Source: Lama glama
Lineage: Eukaryota
Assembly: GCA_028534125.1 (NCBI GenBank)
Contig: CM052816.1
Span: 53,942,001-54,006,000 of the forward strand
Direction of reading: 5' to 3'
DNA: 64,000 nt
Shown in pieces: positions 1 through 12,914 of the stretch. Position numbers and translations under genes: made by a program. Position 1 is the first letter of the stretch; every line of letters begins with the position of its first letter. The notes under the pieces are model-generated. The model was not told the DNA's origin. It did not search any database and was given only the letters and a program-made list of their open reading frames with translations.

Positions 1-519
1 AGTGATCTTTTATGGTAGATTAAAAAGCAATTTACTAATTTACAGTTCATAGGAGTCCCATGCCCTCTTTGAGTTTTGTAAATCAATTCTGTGCTAATAA
101 ATGTGACTATCACTCCAAATGTTTCATTTGGGGACAGCTGGTGTCATACACAACCTTAAACTAAGAATCCCATAATCAGTTAAACTGTATTTTGTGAACT
201 CCTTCGTTGTGCTCAACCGAAGCCCCTCTTAGGAATCCCTTAATTTGTAGCTGTCAACCTAGAGTCTGTAGTTGGGGTGGGGGAGGTATGACCGACAGAG
301 CTGGGAGGGACTACCTTAACTGTTTGCTCATCTTTTCTCTAATCTGTTCTCTTTATTGTAGTGAGTAATCACAGTTGAAAGATCATAGGAAAATGGGGTC
401 ACCCACTCAGGGCTCTTCCTCCTGGGCATGGCTCTCTCAGCAACCAAGAAGACTAGTTCCATGCTGGAGACCCGGCCCCCACCCCTATATGCTCCATAGA
501 ATACCTAGTAGTGTTAGCA

Positions 520-740
520 GTAGTAGTAATAGTTAATACAGGTACGGGTGCTTACTGTGTGCCAGCTACCTGTTAGCTCATTTAATCCTTAACAACATCT
601 CTTAATTCACACCATTTTTTAACACTTGCTTTTTGTAGTTGAAGGAACTAAGGCATAGATTAAATACTCTCCCAAGGTCCTGGAAGTAGTAACAGTGGGG
701 CTGAGGTTTGAACTCAAGAAATTTGACTCCAGACTTTATG
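520..740 (-). mobile_element. MIR SINE
   Basis: Antisense MIR core: tgcttactgtgtgccag...ctcatttaatcct...gaaggaactaaggc...cccaaggtc...tttgaactcaag...tgactccag. Confidence 0.8.
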
Positions 741-2229
741 ACCACAACCAATGCACCCTACTGCCCCTCTCCCTCGTGGCAAATGGGCTCTTTCCACACA
801 CACCTGCTCAGTTTCAGCGTGGTGACTGGTTTCCCAAAAAGCAGTATCTGTTATTTACGTTGGGGGCAGATAGTAAAAGGCAGCAGAGAATGCTTTTAAA
901 ACTCAACACACATGGAGGAAATATTGGACAACTTGGGTGGGTTTTTTTTTCCTTTTTCCTTTCAAATTCAACTGCAACCTATATCTCAGACTTTGACAAG
1001 TCAACTCAAATCTGTTTCTAGTGGAACTGAATGTTTCAAGCCACTGATGGAGAACTGAGCATTTTCCTCGGTTCCCGGCAATGAGTCTGGCTTGTTCAAA
1101 GCTGATAAAAGGCCCTTGACCCGCTGACACCCTTTGGTGGCAGGGAGACGGCTGATGGAAGGTGCTGGATTTGCCTTCCCTCTGGTGGTAGAGCTGGGGC
1201 AGGGGCTGCCGATAATGTTTTCTTCTGGCTTCTCGGAGGTTTGCCAGTGTGGAGGGAATCTGAATCATGATAGGGAAGCAGAAAAAGGAGCTGGCTTATA
1301 ATAGCTCAAAGAAAAGGCATTGGAAGGGTGAAAGGATGAAGCCACACAGCCTGAATGTGGACATTAGCCCACCACGTGACAAGCAAACCCACGTTCTATC
1401 CGAAGTTGTTCATACAGAACCTTTTGCAAAAGTTGCAATTCTTTTAAATTGGGAAAGAGTAGAAAGCCAGATGTGCTTACTTAAACATTAATGCTCCTCT
1501 GCTCTAGGTCTTCTTGAACCTGGCTTTATGGTTGAAAGGCAAATTCTTCCAAAGGCAGCTACGTAATTGCTGAGCCAGAACTAGTAGGAGAAATGCCTAG
1601 AAATTGGGATTCAAATTTCACAGCCTGTTGTCATCCCTGAGTTTTCTAGTCCATTTTCCTCCCAACTTTTGCATTTCTCTTTTCTCCTTCGCCCACCACA
1701 GAACGGCAAATTGGGAAGCAAGTCAACACAGCCTTTTCTGGGCAGTTGAGCAGCCCCCTGGGTGGGCACGGGGCAAAGTGGGGCAACCTCAGGTCATGGG
1801 GGAGCCCGGCAGGTAGGAGGCCTTATTCTTAATGATGTCAAAGCCCTGTTACGTGAGGGCTCCACCAACATGCCACCTGGGCTGCTAGCTACTCCCTTAC
1901 TTAAGCCATTCTAGGTACTGGCCAAGCCCTCTGGGAAGGTTAGAATTTAGGCTTAGGGAGTTGGAGTCTGGCCTCCCCTGAGTTATCCCCAGACTTAAAA
2001 CTGGTGGCAAATACGAATCACCAGAAGCAGGACCAGGGGCAATGCAGGGAGATGGCTACCTTAAAATCGATAACAGATTGTGCTCTTTCAAATTTTCCAG
2101 ATGCTAAAAAAGTGAGTCTAGACTCAGATTTGCCTCCTTCATTAGTTCTGAGATTATTACTATATTTCTTCCCCATCATCCTTATTATCATCACTCAAGA
2201 GATAAAGTTGAAATGACTGCTCTGCCTCA

Positions 2230-2450
2230 TGCATGCACCTTTTTCTTTTCTCTTTTTCCTTTTAAAAGTCTACTCTACTTCTACCCAAGCTGTACATTGC
2301 TCTCTCCTCTGCCCCTTCTCCCCTCCTCTGCCATGCTCCCACCCCCTCCTCTCTGGTTTCTCCTCCTCCTTGGCCAGTCTGGCCCTCCCCTCCCTGCCCT
2401 ACCACTCCAAGGCCCTCCTCTTCTCACCCTTCCTTTACTCCTTATTTTCA
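2230..2450. repeat. C/T-rich low-complexity (polypyrimidine) tract with a minus-strand G-quadruplex motif at 2383-2399
   Basis: Strongly pyrimidine-biased; ccctcccctccctgccc gives four G3+ runs with 1-2 nt loops on the minus strand. Confidence 0.75.
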
Positions 2451-2887
2451 CAGGCTAACATATTATATATAGCATTCGCTGGCAGCCACTCTGAAAAGAG
2501 ATGAGGCAGTGAGGGGAAAGAAAACATTACTGCCAGGTTTTAACTAATTCCTGCCACCAGCCTGGAGTTCTGTGGCATTTGCCACGGCTGTGAAATTGCA
2601 ATAAACAAGGGGCTGTGCTTATATTTCTAACCTTTCCTCTGTTGGTGCTGATGACACACATTGAATGTTGAACAGTCATACCAGGCTGTCACCTTCTGAG
2701 TGTATTATGTATCCTTTTGAAGGAGGATTGAGAGAAGCTCAGATTGGGGTTGGGGGAGGGCTCGAGGAGAGTCTCTAATAATACAGCAGGAAAATAGTGA
2801 TTTCATTAACTGAAAGAAACTTATCTCCTAGTGATCCAGTGATGAGCTGGCCTCAAGTAAGATATTAATTATCTAAGAATTAACTTG

Positions 2888-2889
<2 letters not shown>

Positions 2890-2937
<48 letters not shown>
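2890..2937. repeat. (TA)n microsatellite, about 24 units
   Basis: Perfect AT dinucleotide run seen directly. Confidence 0.98.
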
Positions 2938-2939
<2 letters not shown>

Positions 2940-3204
2940 TTCAGCACTATGAAAGAAAGTGTTTTTAAAAACACCCTACATTCTTTTAAGAGAGATGAAG
3001 AGTTTTGAGAATGGTGAGAAAGAAGGGGGTCAAATGAAGATGAAAATTCAGCCTTTGACCTCATTACCCCCGTCCTAGCAGCTGCAAGTTTTTTATCGCC
3101 ACGTGTAGCATTCTTTAAGTAGGGGTTCTCTGCAGAGCCTGAGGGCACTCAGTACTTGAAGAAGAACCTTCTACAGCATCTAACCCCGTGATGCCCGATA
3201 CCTG

Positions 3205-3390
3205 TAACGTGTACGGGCTCTTGCTCTGTGGCAGGTGCTATGCTTATGTTTATACACGTTATCTTATTCCATTCTCAGACCCTCCCTATGAGGAAAGTAA
3301 AATGATCCCATTTCAGAGATGGGAAAACAAGCTTAGAGAGTTAAGCAAAATGCCAAAAGTCACAGAGATGGCCACATACCCAGGTTTTCA
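3205..3390 (-). mobile_element. MIR SINE
   Basis: cccatttcagagatgggaaaacaagcttagagagttaagcaaaatgccaaaagtcacag is an antisense MIR core. Confidence 0.75.
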
Positions 3391-3429
3391 ATAATCGCCT
3401 TTAAGGTTTTTAATCTTTTGGGTTTTGTT

Positions 3430-3885
3430 GTTTTTTTTTTAACATTGTTTTAAGGTATTCCATGCCTAGCCCAGCAGGGAGCCATCCAGAGCCATCCTTG
3501 AAGACTGGTGGATGGTTGGCTCTGTTGCCTTTCACATGTGGCTTCCATCGCCAGGTCCAAAGCAGGGGTTCATGTTTGTATTTTCCAGCCCTCAGGAAAT
3601 GGGGAATCGGGAGTCTAAGACACATGTTTTTTTCTTTAAGAACTTGAGCAGAAGTTGAACTCTGGTCATACTCCAACCCACTCCTAACCCATTTGTCCAA
3701 ACTTGGTTACATGGCCCTCACCTAGCATCAAGGGTGGCAGGAAGCTATAGTCTCTAGTTGAGCAGGTTTGAGCCTGGGTAAAATGGCCATATGTGTTGTG
3801 TTTGGGGGCTGTTGGGGTGTTCTCTGTTGCTAAAGGAAGGAGAATGTGGGCAGAGGGAGAGGGCAGGCAGGTAGCAGGCAATTAA
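3430..3885 (-). mobile_element. MaLR LTR fragment (MLT1-type)
   Basis: ggttacatggccctcacctagcatcaagggtggcaggaagctatagtctctag resembles the antisense MLT1K/L motif. Confidence 0.55.
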
Positions 3886-4059
3886 CAGACTCGATCAGAG
3901 TGCTAGCCTGAAATTTTGCCTTTAAAGTAAAAAAAGAGTTTCCTATTCAAACAGTATAAGCAAGATCTTAGAAGGGATGCTCAAGGAACGTGGTTGATTT
4001 TCAAGCTATGTATAAGTGCCCATGAAATATTACTCAAATAGATCAAGGACCTCTACTTG

Positions 4060-4245
4060 GGCCTGATTCTGGCACTAACTAGCTTTGTAACCTTGGACAC
4101 GTTAATGATAATTAGTTTCTCTCAGCCTGTTTTCTCATCTGTAATTTTGTCCTGATAGTACCAGCCCCAACTGTTGATAAGGATTAAATGTAATAGCCAT
4201 AGAAGGATCCTGGCACAGAGTATTTACCCAAAATTATAGTTCTTT
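4060..4245 (+). mobile_element. MIR SINE
   Basis: actaactagctttgtaaccttggac...ttttctcatctgtaa...aaggattaaatg...cctggcacagag. Confidence 0.7.
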
Positions 4246-4489
4246 ATTACAGTTCAATGAATAAGCTTTCACTACTCTTTGATACACAGGGAAAAAAAGG
4301 AGGCAGAAGTGGGGAATTTGTGTACAGAGAAGAGCTAGCCAGAATGAAATGGAATAGCAGAACAGTTAGGAGTACAAGAAGAGAAAAATATGTCAATTTA
4401 AAAAAAAATTGAAGTGTAGTTGATTTACATAAATATGTTTATATTTTAAATTAACAGTGACTGTTGAGTTCAAGTCGAGTTAGCAATAT

Positions 4490-5895
4490 TTTTCCATGGT
4501 GTTCTGTTGCTTTTATCTGAAAACATCTTTATTTTGTCTTTATTCTTGAAGAATATTTTTGATGGCTATAGAATTCTAGATTGACGGTGGTGTTTTTCTT
4601 TCAGCATTTTAAATATTTCTCCTGGCCTTCATTATTTCTGACAAGAAGTCAGCCTTAATTCTTATCATTGTTTTTCTGTGTGTATTGTGCTGTTTTTCTC
4701 TTGCTGCTTTCAAGATTTTCTCTTTATTTTTGGTTCTCAAAGTGTGACTATGATGTAAATAGAAATGGTTTTATTTGTATTTAATCCATCTTGTGTTTTG
4801 CTGAGCTTCTTGACTCTATAGATTTGTATTTTTCAATGGATTTTTGGCAATTATGGTCATTATTTCTTCAAACATTTTTTCTGCTCTAGTCCCCTCTCCT
4901 CAGTTTTTGGAGCTCTAATTTCACATGTGTTAAACTTTCTGATGTTGTTCCACAGATTCTTGAGGATCTGTTCATGTTTTTCAATGTTTTTGCTCTCTGT
5001 TCTTTAGTGTGAATAATCTCTGTTGATTGATCTTCAAGTTCACTGACTCTTTCCTTTGTCATCTTTATTCTTCAACTAAGCCCAACCAGTGAATTTTTAT
5101 TTTAGATATTTTATTTTTCATGTCTAAGATTCCCATCTGATTCTTTTTTTTTAAACAGTTTCCATTTCTCTGCTGAGATTTCATTCATTAAAAGCATTAC
5201 GTCCTTGAACATAGTTACAACAGCTGCTTTAAACTCCTTGTCTACTAATTTCAATTTGTGGGTTATATTTGGGTTGATCTTCATAGACTTCATTTTCTCT
5301 TGAGTCTAGGTCACATTTTCTAATGTATTTATACATTTGGATTGTATTCTGAACATTGAATGATACATTATAAAGACCCTGGGTTCTGTTTTGTCCTTCT
5401 GAAAGTTATCATTTTATTATTAAAACATAAAATAGGCAGCTAACTTGGCTGGGCAGCAACTGAAATCTCATTCAACACTTTTAGCCTTATCTGGGCTGCT
5501 TGGAGTCTGCCCTATATGTGAGCAGTTCAGAGTTTATATACAAAATTTGGGGCTCTCTCTTTTTTAGAGTATTCTCTCTTTATTTTTAGGCTGCTGTGGT
5601 ATTTGCAGCCTCTTATTCTTTAAGCTAATAAGACTTCAGACACTCTATCCTGGTGTTAGCTACTGTGCTTGGCATAGGCTAGAGCCCTTAGGGCTAAGGT
5701 CATTAGGTAAAAAAAATCATAAAAAATGTAAATGTATCCAGTGCCATTCCTTCTTGTAATTGTTGGCTCCCTTCTGGGATCTGCTTTTCTTTGCTCTCCA
5801 GTACCTTCAGATATTTGTTTATTTACATTTGTGCAGTGTTCATAGTTGTTATCTTTGTCAGGGTTGGTCCAATAGGGGCTTCTCTTCCATTGTCA
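4490..5895 (-). mobile_element. Old L1M/HAL1 LINE fragment (5'/ORF1 region)
   Basis: T-rich antisense L1 texture; minus-strand ORF 5111-5293 (KLKLVDKEFKAAVVTMFKD...) resembles decayed L1 ORF1 coiled-coil. Confidence 0.8.
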
Positions 5896-5940
5896 GAACC
5901 TAGAATGACTGCTCCATTATAAGGCATACTAAGAGATAAT

Positions 5941-6495
5941 TGTGGTGGATTAAAAATGGCTTGGATTCTTCAAAACGCTTCCTACTGAGACATGGGATCT
6001 ATGTTTCTTTCCATTGAATCAGGGTGGACTTTTCTTTGACCAATAGAATATGGTGGAAGTGGCACTGTGCCAGTTTGTGCCAACATTTTAAGAGAACTTG
6101 AATATTCTGGTTTCTGTTCACTTTCTTAAAGCCTTTGGTCGCCATGTAAGACATATGACTCCCCTGAGGCTTCTGTACTGTGAGCAAGCCTATATTGACT
6201 ACAAGGAGAGAGTAGGTAGAAAAACAAATTCAGTTATGTATCTTGAAGGGTGGTATGGAGGCAGAATGAGAGAGAGAGACAGAGACCTAGACAGCCACCA
6301 GCTTTCCAGCTCCTAGTCTTCTGAGTTATCCCAGCTGAGGTCCTAGGCATCATAAAGCAGAGATGAGCCATTGCCACTGTCCTGTCTGAAGTCCTCACTC
6401 ACAAAATAATGATGTATACAATACTAATAATAAATTATTGTTTTGAGCCACTAAATTATGGGGTATTTTGTTACACAGCAAGAGTTAACCATAAT
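5941..6495 (+). mobile_element. MaLR solo LTR (MLT1H/J-like)
   Basis: Starts tgtggtgg; contains gaccaatagaatatggtggaagtg; ends ttttgagccactaaattatggggtattttgttacacagca, a typical MLT1 3' end. Confidence 0.8.
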
Positions 6496-7799
6496 TTTAA
6501 CAAATTCATTTTATTTTAAATGAATAATGGATAATGAATAAGGTTTTCTTATGGAAAAGTGCATATATTATATCTAAGGCATCAAGCGTTCACACTCAGA
6601 GTAAATCTACACATTAAATCCTAATTTTCCTCCTTTAAGCTGCTTCTGGAATTACAGGCAGTCTTAGGAGAAAATAAGTAGGCATTGGAAGTTATACTTT
6701 ACAAATCAACTTATTTTTGTGATGGCAAAAACAGCAGTGCCATTATTGACAGATAATACTGAGAAGCAGTTTAACTAAGGATAAGTGGCTGGAGTGGGAT
6801 CACCATGGTGGTGTTAGGATTTGAATTGAGTGTTCCCAAATTCATTGCTTAGTTCAGAGAACATATTGATTGACTATTGATTGATTTGTGACAGGTTAGA
6901 TCAATGAGCATAGATGAATTCAAAATAGCTACTATTATTCAATTGTGAGTCTTAAAAGGAAAATTATAGAAGACTTTGAGTCTCCTTTTTTTTGCACTGA
7001 TCCCTGTTAACATCAATTAGACTGTATCCTGCTATGATATTCTAATTTTTAGCACAAGGGGAAAATGAATTCATTTCAGGGTTGATATCTCTTAACATTT
7101 AAAAGGAAACACTTCCATTGAAAATATGAGCACCTTAACCATAGAATAAATGGCTTGACATTTGTGAGAGCAAAATAGTCAATATAAATATTGAAAAATA
7201 AATCATTAACCTAGCCTTTTCTGAGTTCAATTTCAAATACTTGAATATGTCATTAATATATTTTTCCTTCTACTTTCTCTTGATTAAGGCAGCCTCTATC
7301 ACAAGGAAGAAGTTGGCAGCTTTCCCTGATAATTATGACCCTTGGACAGACTCACAGTCTCAATTCTTCCCTCCCTCCTCACTGTTGTAGTCCCAAGGTA
7401 GGAATCTCCCCCAGAATGAGCAGGAAAATCTCGCAGAGACAGATTTAGTCATGTATCTTGATATGTTAAGTAAATATCAGACCCTCACAGAAGGATTCTA
7501 GCAAAGGCAATGTTCTCTCTTAAATGTCTTGACATTGGAAACAAAACCAAACTAGGAATTCATTTGTGGAGTCCACTCCTGAAGCATGTTATTATGTCAA
7601 GTTCTTTGACACTCTTCCAATTAACAGGTAGAATCTCATTCCCCTCCCTTTAAATATGGGTATCCTTATTCCTTCTCTCTGTATGATATGGGACACTGGT
7701 GGCAGTGTGTGGAACTGTCCACTGTAGCTGTGCTGAAGTCAGACAACTCAAGGGGATGTAGAACAGAACATCATGGGTATTTGCTACATCCTCTGATCA

Positions 7800-8280
7800 T
7801 GCCAGCCTGGGAAAACTTCTCAAAACACAAATCTGCTTTCAAAACACTCCCCTAATTTATATTCTTCAGTGGTTCCCCATTGCTCTTAGGAAAAAACCAC
7901 AATCCTTACCATGGCTTTGTATGGTCTGGCTCTACTTATCTCTAGCTCTTCTGTACCATTCTCTTCACTCTCTGCCCTCTAGCAAATTGGCACTGTTTCA
8001 TTTCCCCCAAAAGGCATAGGGCCTTTGCACATGTGATTCATTTTGCCTGGAATGCTCAGTCCACCCCTACCTCCAAGTCAGTTGAGCTAACTCTTACTCA
8101 TTCCTCACATATCAGTTCCATCACTTCCTTGGGGAAGGTTTCCCTGATCCCTCAGACTAGATCAGTCTCCTCTAGAAGCTTATTTCAGTTTGTGACTGTA
8201 TATTACTTTAGGTGCACATTTGATTAATGTCTGTCTCCCACACAAGACTAAAGCCCCAAGAGGACAGAGATCATGTTTCA
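7800..8280 (+). mobile_element. L2 LINE 3' fragment
   Basis: ggttccccattgctcttagg...agggcctttgcacatg...tgcctggaatgctc...catcacttccttggggaagg...gattaatgtctgtctcccca are L2 hallmarks. Confidence 0.8.
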
Positions 8281-8311
8281 GATTAAAGAGCTGGGATATA
8301 GAAGGCGAGTA

Positions 8312-8346
8312 TATGTGTGTGTGTGTGTGTTCGCACACGCACGCAT
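8312..8346. repeat. (TG)n microsatellite followed by (CA/CG) units
   Basis: tgtgtgtgtgtgtgtgttcgcacacgcacgca. Confidence 0.8.
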
Positions 8347-8849
8347 GCTTGAGATTAGGTGCAAAAACATTTGAAGCATTTGTATTCTTTGGGCTCTAGG
8401 GTTTTTTTCAAAAATCTGAATTCACCATTTTTTTTACTCAAGAACGTACATCTTTGAGAAGCGTCTGCATTTTTTTTCCAGGCTTCAGGCTCGTCTTTGG
8501 CTTTAGACCCACCTCTCCTCTGAAGGAAGTGCTAGGGAAGAGGAGGTGATGGGGTCCATGCGAAACAAACCCACTATTAATCTCCCAAAGGAGGGCTCCT
8601 CTTTGCCACTGGCTCTGTGAAGAGTCTCTAGTTCCTGCTCTCTAAAATGAATCTGACTAAAAGACCTGTATGCTTTCTTTTTTGCCTCAGAAGTGTTGGG
8701 AAAAAATGTATATTTAATTGCCAAAGTGGTCCAGAATTCTCTAGTGTGTTTGGAAACTAAAACTTTGGATGGATAAAAGGGAAGTAGAAAGAAATTCAAC
8801 ATTTCAGATTTTCAGAGTTTAATGGCAATAAAGTTCATGTGAGAGCCCC

Positions 8850-9240
8850 CATTTGGGGATGATTAAGAACAGGGATTGAATATAAATCCAAGGAATTATC
8901 CAGGTTCTTTGTGAGGACTGTCAAGGCCACACATGGGATACTATGCACAGTTCCAGTCACCTTATTATAAAAGGATATTATAGAAATGGAGAAGGTACAA
9001 CAGAGGGCAAAGAGAACCACCCAGGGATTTAAGGATCTTAGCTATTCACAGTGGTATTCTTTGGCAAAGAAGAGATTAAGTGGGAACTCATTAAAGTATA
9101 GACAATTCTGAAGGGAATAGAGGGGATAATTGTTTCAAGGCTATTTGAGTTAGTGTCAAATACAAGAACAAGGGGTTAGTAACTTAAACTAAGAAAGTGA
9201 ATTTAGACAGGCATTTTCTGAATCGAGTGTAAACTATATA
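8850..9240 (+). mobile_element. Ancient CR1/L3-clade LINE fossil, C-terminal reverse-transcriptase region
   Basis: Translates with frameshifts to RPHMGYYAQFQSPYYK / KDIIEMEKVQQRAKRTTQGFKDLSY / YSLAKKRLSG / TRTRG, matching CR1 ORF2 motifs RPHLEYCVQFWSP..KKD...LERVQRRATK, FSLEKRRLRG and TRGH. Confidence 0.85.
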
Positions 9241-9889
9241 AAACAAAGGCCTGAGGATGATAAAAATAAGAGACAGATTTTCTTCAGAAAAGAAGACATA
9301 TAATTTTTTCCAATTTGGTTCATTTGCATTAAATAATGAAGAGTGATCTTTTTTTCTTTTCCACTTTGAACAATTATATCTTATCAGCGGTATTAAAATT
9401 AAAAAGGGTTAGAGTGGCTATTTATAATTTTAAAGCATCTAGAGGGGAAGTTGCTAATTCCAGAGAAAGAACACATGGCTAATAGCCTCTTGGCTTATCT
9501 CTGCCTCAAAATGTCATCAATTTCTGACCTGAAAGTGCTACCATTCCATATTACCATCCAGTGTGATTTTACTTGGGCAAAAATCTGGGGCAAGGTGTGT
9601 GTGTGTCGGGGAATGATTATATAGTATATTAAAATATTGACTCTAAGTAGTGGTTTGTTTTATGCTGATCTTAAGAGCTGTGATGCGGTTCACATGACAT
9701 GAAGCACCAGCTATGTGCCAGGCACTGGGGAAGACTCAGTGCCCGCACACAAGCCTGATAGATATCTGCTGAATGGACACCATCTCTGTCCTCAATGAAC
9801 TTGCATGATATAATGACACTGGTACCAAAAATAAGGGAGTAGCAGTGTAATGGGGAACAGAGGAGGAACTATTTGAGCCACAGATAACA

Positions 9890-10115
9890 GGGCAGTGATT
9901 AAGACACAGGCTTTGGGGTCAGTTTGAAACCCTCCTCCACTGCTAGCTGTGTCGTCTTGGGCAAGTCATTTCTCTGAGCCTCAGTTTCTTCATCTATAAA
10001 ACAAAAGTGATAGGAACCCCCCTCAGAGTTTGAGTGAGGATTAAAGTGAATTGATGTATGTAAATCTCACATTGTTACTACATAGTGGGCACTGACAAAT
10101 GGCAGCTGTAATTAT
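9890..10115 (+). mobile_element. MIR SINE
   Basis: ctagctgtgtcgtcttgggcaagtcatttctctgagcctcagtttcttcatctataaaa...gaggattaaa. Confidence 0.88.
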
Positions 10116-10214
10116 GAGGCTAAAGGAACAGAATGGACAAAGGCCACCCAGTAGAAAGTAGATCGATTTTTGGTGGGTTCATGAGTGGAAGAAGTGTGTT
10201 ATTTTAATTCTCCA

Positions 10215-10350
10215 AACTTTTGTTTCCTCATCTGTAAAATGGGGATGATAACAGTACTTCCCTTGTAGTGATATTGTATGCAATATAAAGTGCTTAGCAC
10301 ATGACTCATGTTTAGTAAGTACTCAGCAAGCATTAACTGTTATTATTATT
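10215..10350 (+). mobile_element. MIR SINE 3' half
   Basis: gtttcctcatctgtaaaatggggatgataacagtac...aaagtgcttagcaca...tagtaagtactcagc. Confidence 0.85.
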
Positions 10351-10729
10351 GTCCCAACCCGCTTCAGGGAGAAACATCAAGCACTATGTTAAACTAGCTT
10401 GGTCCTCTTCATCCTTGCACCTTTCTTTCTTTTTTTTTTTTTAAGGAATGACTAGAAAAGAAAGTCACTTTTTTGCCCCTGCTAGCCTTACTGCCATTCT
10501 CCTTATATGCTACTACATAAATAATGAAGTCTTCCGGAAGAAAGTCCAGAGTCTCTCATTTGTGGGGTACACTAAAACTAAGTAGCACAGACTTGGGTGT
10601 CACCATATACCCAGGAACAATTCATAGGAGAAAAGCTGTTTAGTTTACTTGTTTTATTCCTACGGAGTATAATCCTAGCACAGATATTCTGGCAGGAAAG
10701 CATGATACTGAGAACCTTCAGAAAGTTAG

Positions 10730-12130
10730 GGTTTTATTTTTTATTATGGAAAATTTCAAATATATACAAAATGGAGAGAATAGTATAATAAACCACCATG
10801 TACTTATTTTGCAGCTTTAACAGTTATTAGCACCTGCCCAATCTTGTTTACCTAGGCACCTCTTCCACAACCCCTTTTCAACTGTTTTTTTTTATTACAA
10901 AAATAAGGTATTTTCTCTTGTAAATACTTCCATATGTACCTCTAAAAGATAAGGACTTAAAAAAAAACATAAATTGCCACAATACCATCATCACACCTAA
11001 GAAATTAATAATAATTCCTTAATGTCATCAGATATCTAAACAGTATTCAGATTTTTCCAATTGCCTCATAACTTCTTTTTTGCAATTGGTTTGTTATTAT
11101 TAAGAATCCAAGTAAGTTACATACTCTGCATTTGGTTAATGCCTCCAAAGCATTTTTAAATCTGTTGGTCCTCTCCCTTTGATGTTTTTTTTTTTCCTAT
11201 TTATTCACTGAAGAAATCAGATTGTTTTTCCTATAAAATTTACCATATTCTGGATCTTGCTAAATGCATTCCCATTGTTGAACACGTGTTCTCTGTATAC
11301 CCTATAGTAAAACCTAGAGCCTTAATTAGATATAGGCTCTAATCTTCTTGGCAAGACGAATTCATTGAACATAGACATGTGTGCTTCACTGTTGCATTAC
11401 ATCAGGAGGCACATAATGTCCAGTTGTCTCTCTTTTTGTGATTCTACAACTGATCAGTAGTTTGAGAGGCTGTTACCCTGGGTGCATCATATAAAGTTTC
11501 CTGTTGGCTTTTCACCTAATGGTGAAGTTATCCACTTTTTAATCTTTATGTACTTATGGATTTTAATATCTTTGATGTATTTTAATACATTATACTTGTT
11601 ATTCCTTTTAATGCTCAGATTCTTTCTTCGTTGGGCAGTGGGAGTATCTTCAAGTTGGCTCATATCATTTGACATGACCCTGGTTATCTTTGATAGCTTT
11701 CTTGCTTTCTGGTGTGACAAGGTTTTCCAGGCTCACCTTGTATAGTCTGGGAATCAATCACTTCTCCATGGAGTGCTGATTCCTTTTAGTAAGAAACTGT
11801 ATTTAAGTCCAGAAACCAGGGGGTAAGGGGGTGGGAAGGGATAAATTGGGAGTTCAAGATTTGCAGATACCAACTGGTATATATAAAATAGATAAGCAAG
11901 TTTATACTGTATAGCATAAGGAACTATATTTGATATCTTGTAGTAGTTTACAGTGAAAAAGAATATGAAAACAAATGTGTGTATATTCACGTATGACTGA
12001 CACATTTTGCTATACACCAGAAGTTGACACATTGTAAACTGACTATATTTTAAAAAATAAAAATAAAAACAGAATCTAGGCACTAGGTTGATCATTGCTA
12101 ATGGATTGTCCTTTGTTTCTAGCAGACTAG
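10730..12130 (-). mobile_element. Old L1MC/MD 3' region, interrupted by a younger L1
   Basis: ttttattatggaaaatttcaaatatatacaaaatggagagaatagtataataaacc...; resumes after 12070 (tctaggcactaggttgatcattgcta). Confidence 0.8.
11816..12069 (+). mobile_element. Young 5'-truncated cetartiodactyl/camelid-type L1 3' end
   Basis: gggaagggataaattgggagttcaagatttgcagatac...acattgtaaactgactat plus A-rich tail; homologous to copies at 32700, 47792 and 48832. Confidence 0.9.
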
Positions 12131-12555
12131 GTTTTTATTACTTACCTACAAAATCCAAGAACTAGGAGCCTGTGATAACAGGTTACCCAAGTAACTAGTT
12201 TGATTTGTTCTCCCAGTAAAATAAGTTTTTGAATATTGTCAGAATATCTGAGGACTACTTTAATTTCTCTAGACTGGCAGTAAGATTATAACATGCTATA
12301 AGGAATTATAAGTTACCTAAGAGAAGTGAAGAACAAACTAGATTGGGGGCTATAGGATCAGAATTGAGGTGGGAGGCAGGTGAGGGTCCTAGGAAGTAGA
12401 GGGCAGAAAGAAGGACCCGGACTGCTGGGTCAGCTGTAGACACTGTTAACCACGACCAGCTGTACAGCACCGATGCTTTATATAGCCCCCAAATACCTCT
12501 CCATTCCAGCCATGACTTTCCTGGCCTTAAATTCTACTCTTCAAATTGCTTAGAC

Positions 12556-12865
12556 CAGTGGTTCTCAACACGGATCTTTGGCAAAATTTTGACCAAGCTA
12601 CAGCATGATGAAAAAAAATAATGAAAATCATATATTTGCCAACTGTGCTATCTTTAGAAAGTATCCATCAAACTTCATTCTGAAAAGATGTGCTGCTTAT
12701 TCGGGGAAGGTTTTTTGGCTGTTGTTAAATGTTCTTTCTCATATAAAGTGATGGTGATGACAGATGGCAGTTTTTGATGTTTTTATTGTTACTAAATCTT
12801 TGTTTCACAAATCTGTCTTTTGAAATATGAATGGTCTATGACATCCAAAATTGTGGGATCCTCAG
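12556..12865. mobile_element. hAT-Charlie-type non-autonomous DNA transposon fragment
   Basis: Begins with the Charlie-type terminus cagtggttctcaa; the other end is degenerate. Confidence 0.5.
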
Positions 12866-12914
12866 AACCCTTATCTGAAGTGCTTCTGCCACCTGAGAAA
12901 GAAAGGGGTATGAC

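Noticed and set aside
7289..7397. Plus-strand exon-like segment (acceptor ...gattaag, donor aag|gtagga) with one open frame
   Set aside because: Peptide unrecognised and no compatible neighbouring exons; such site pairs arise often by chance.
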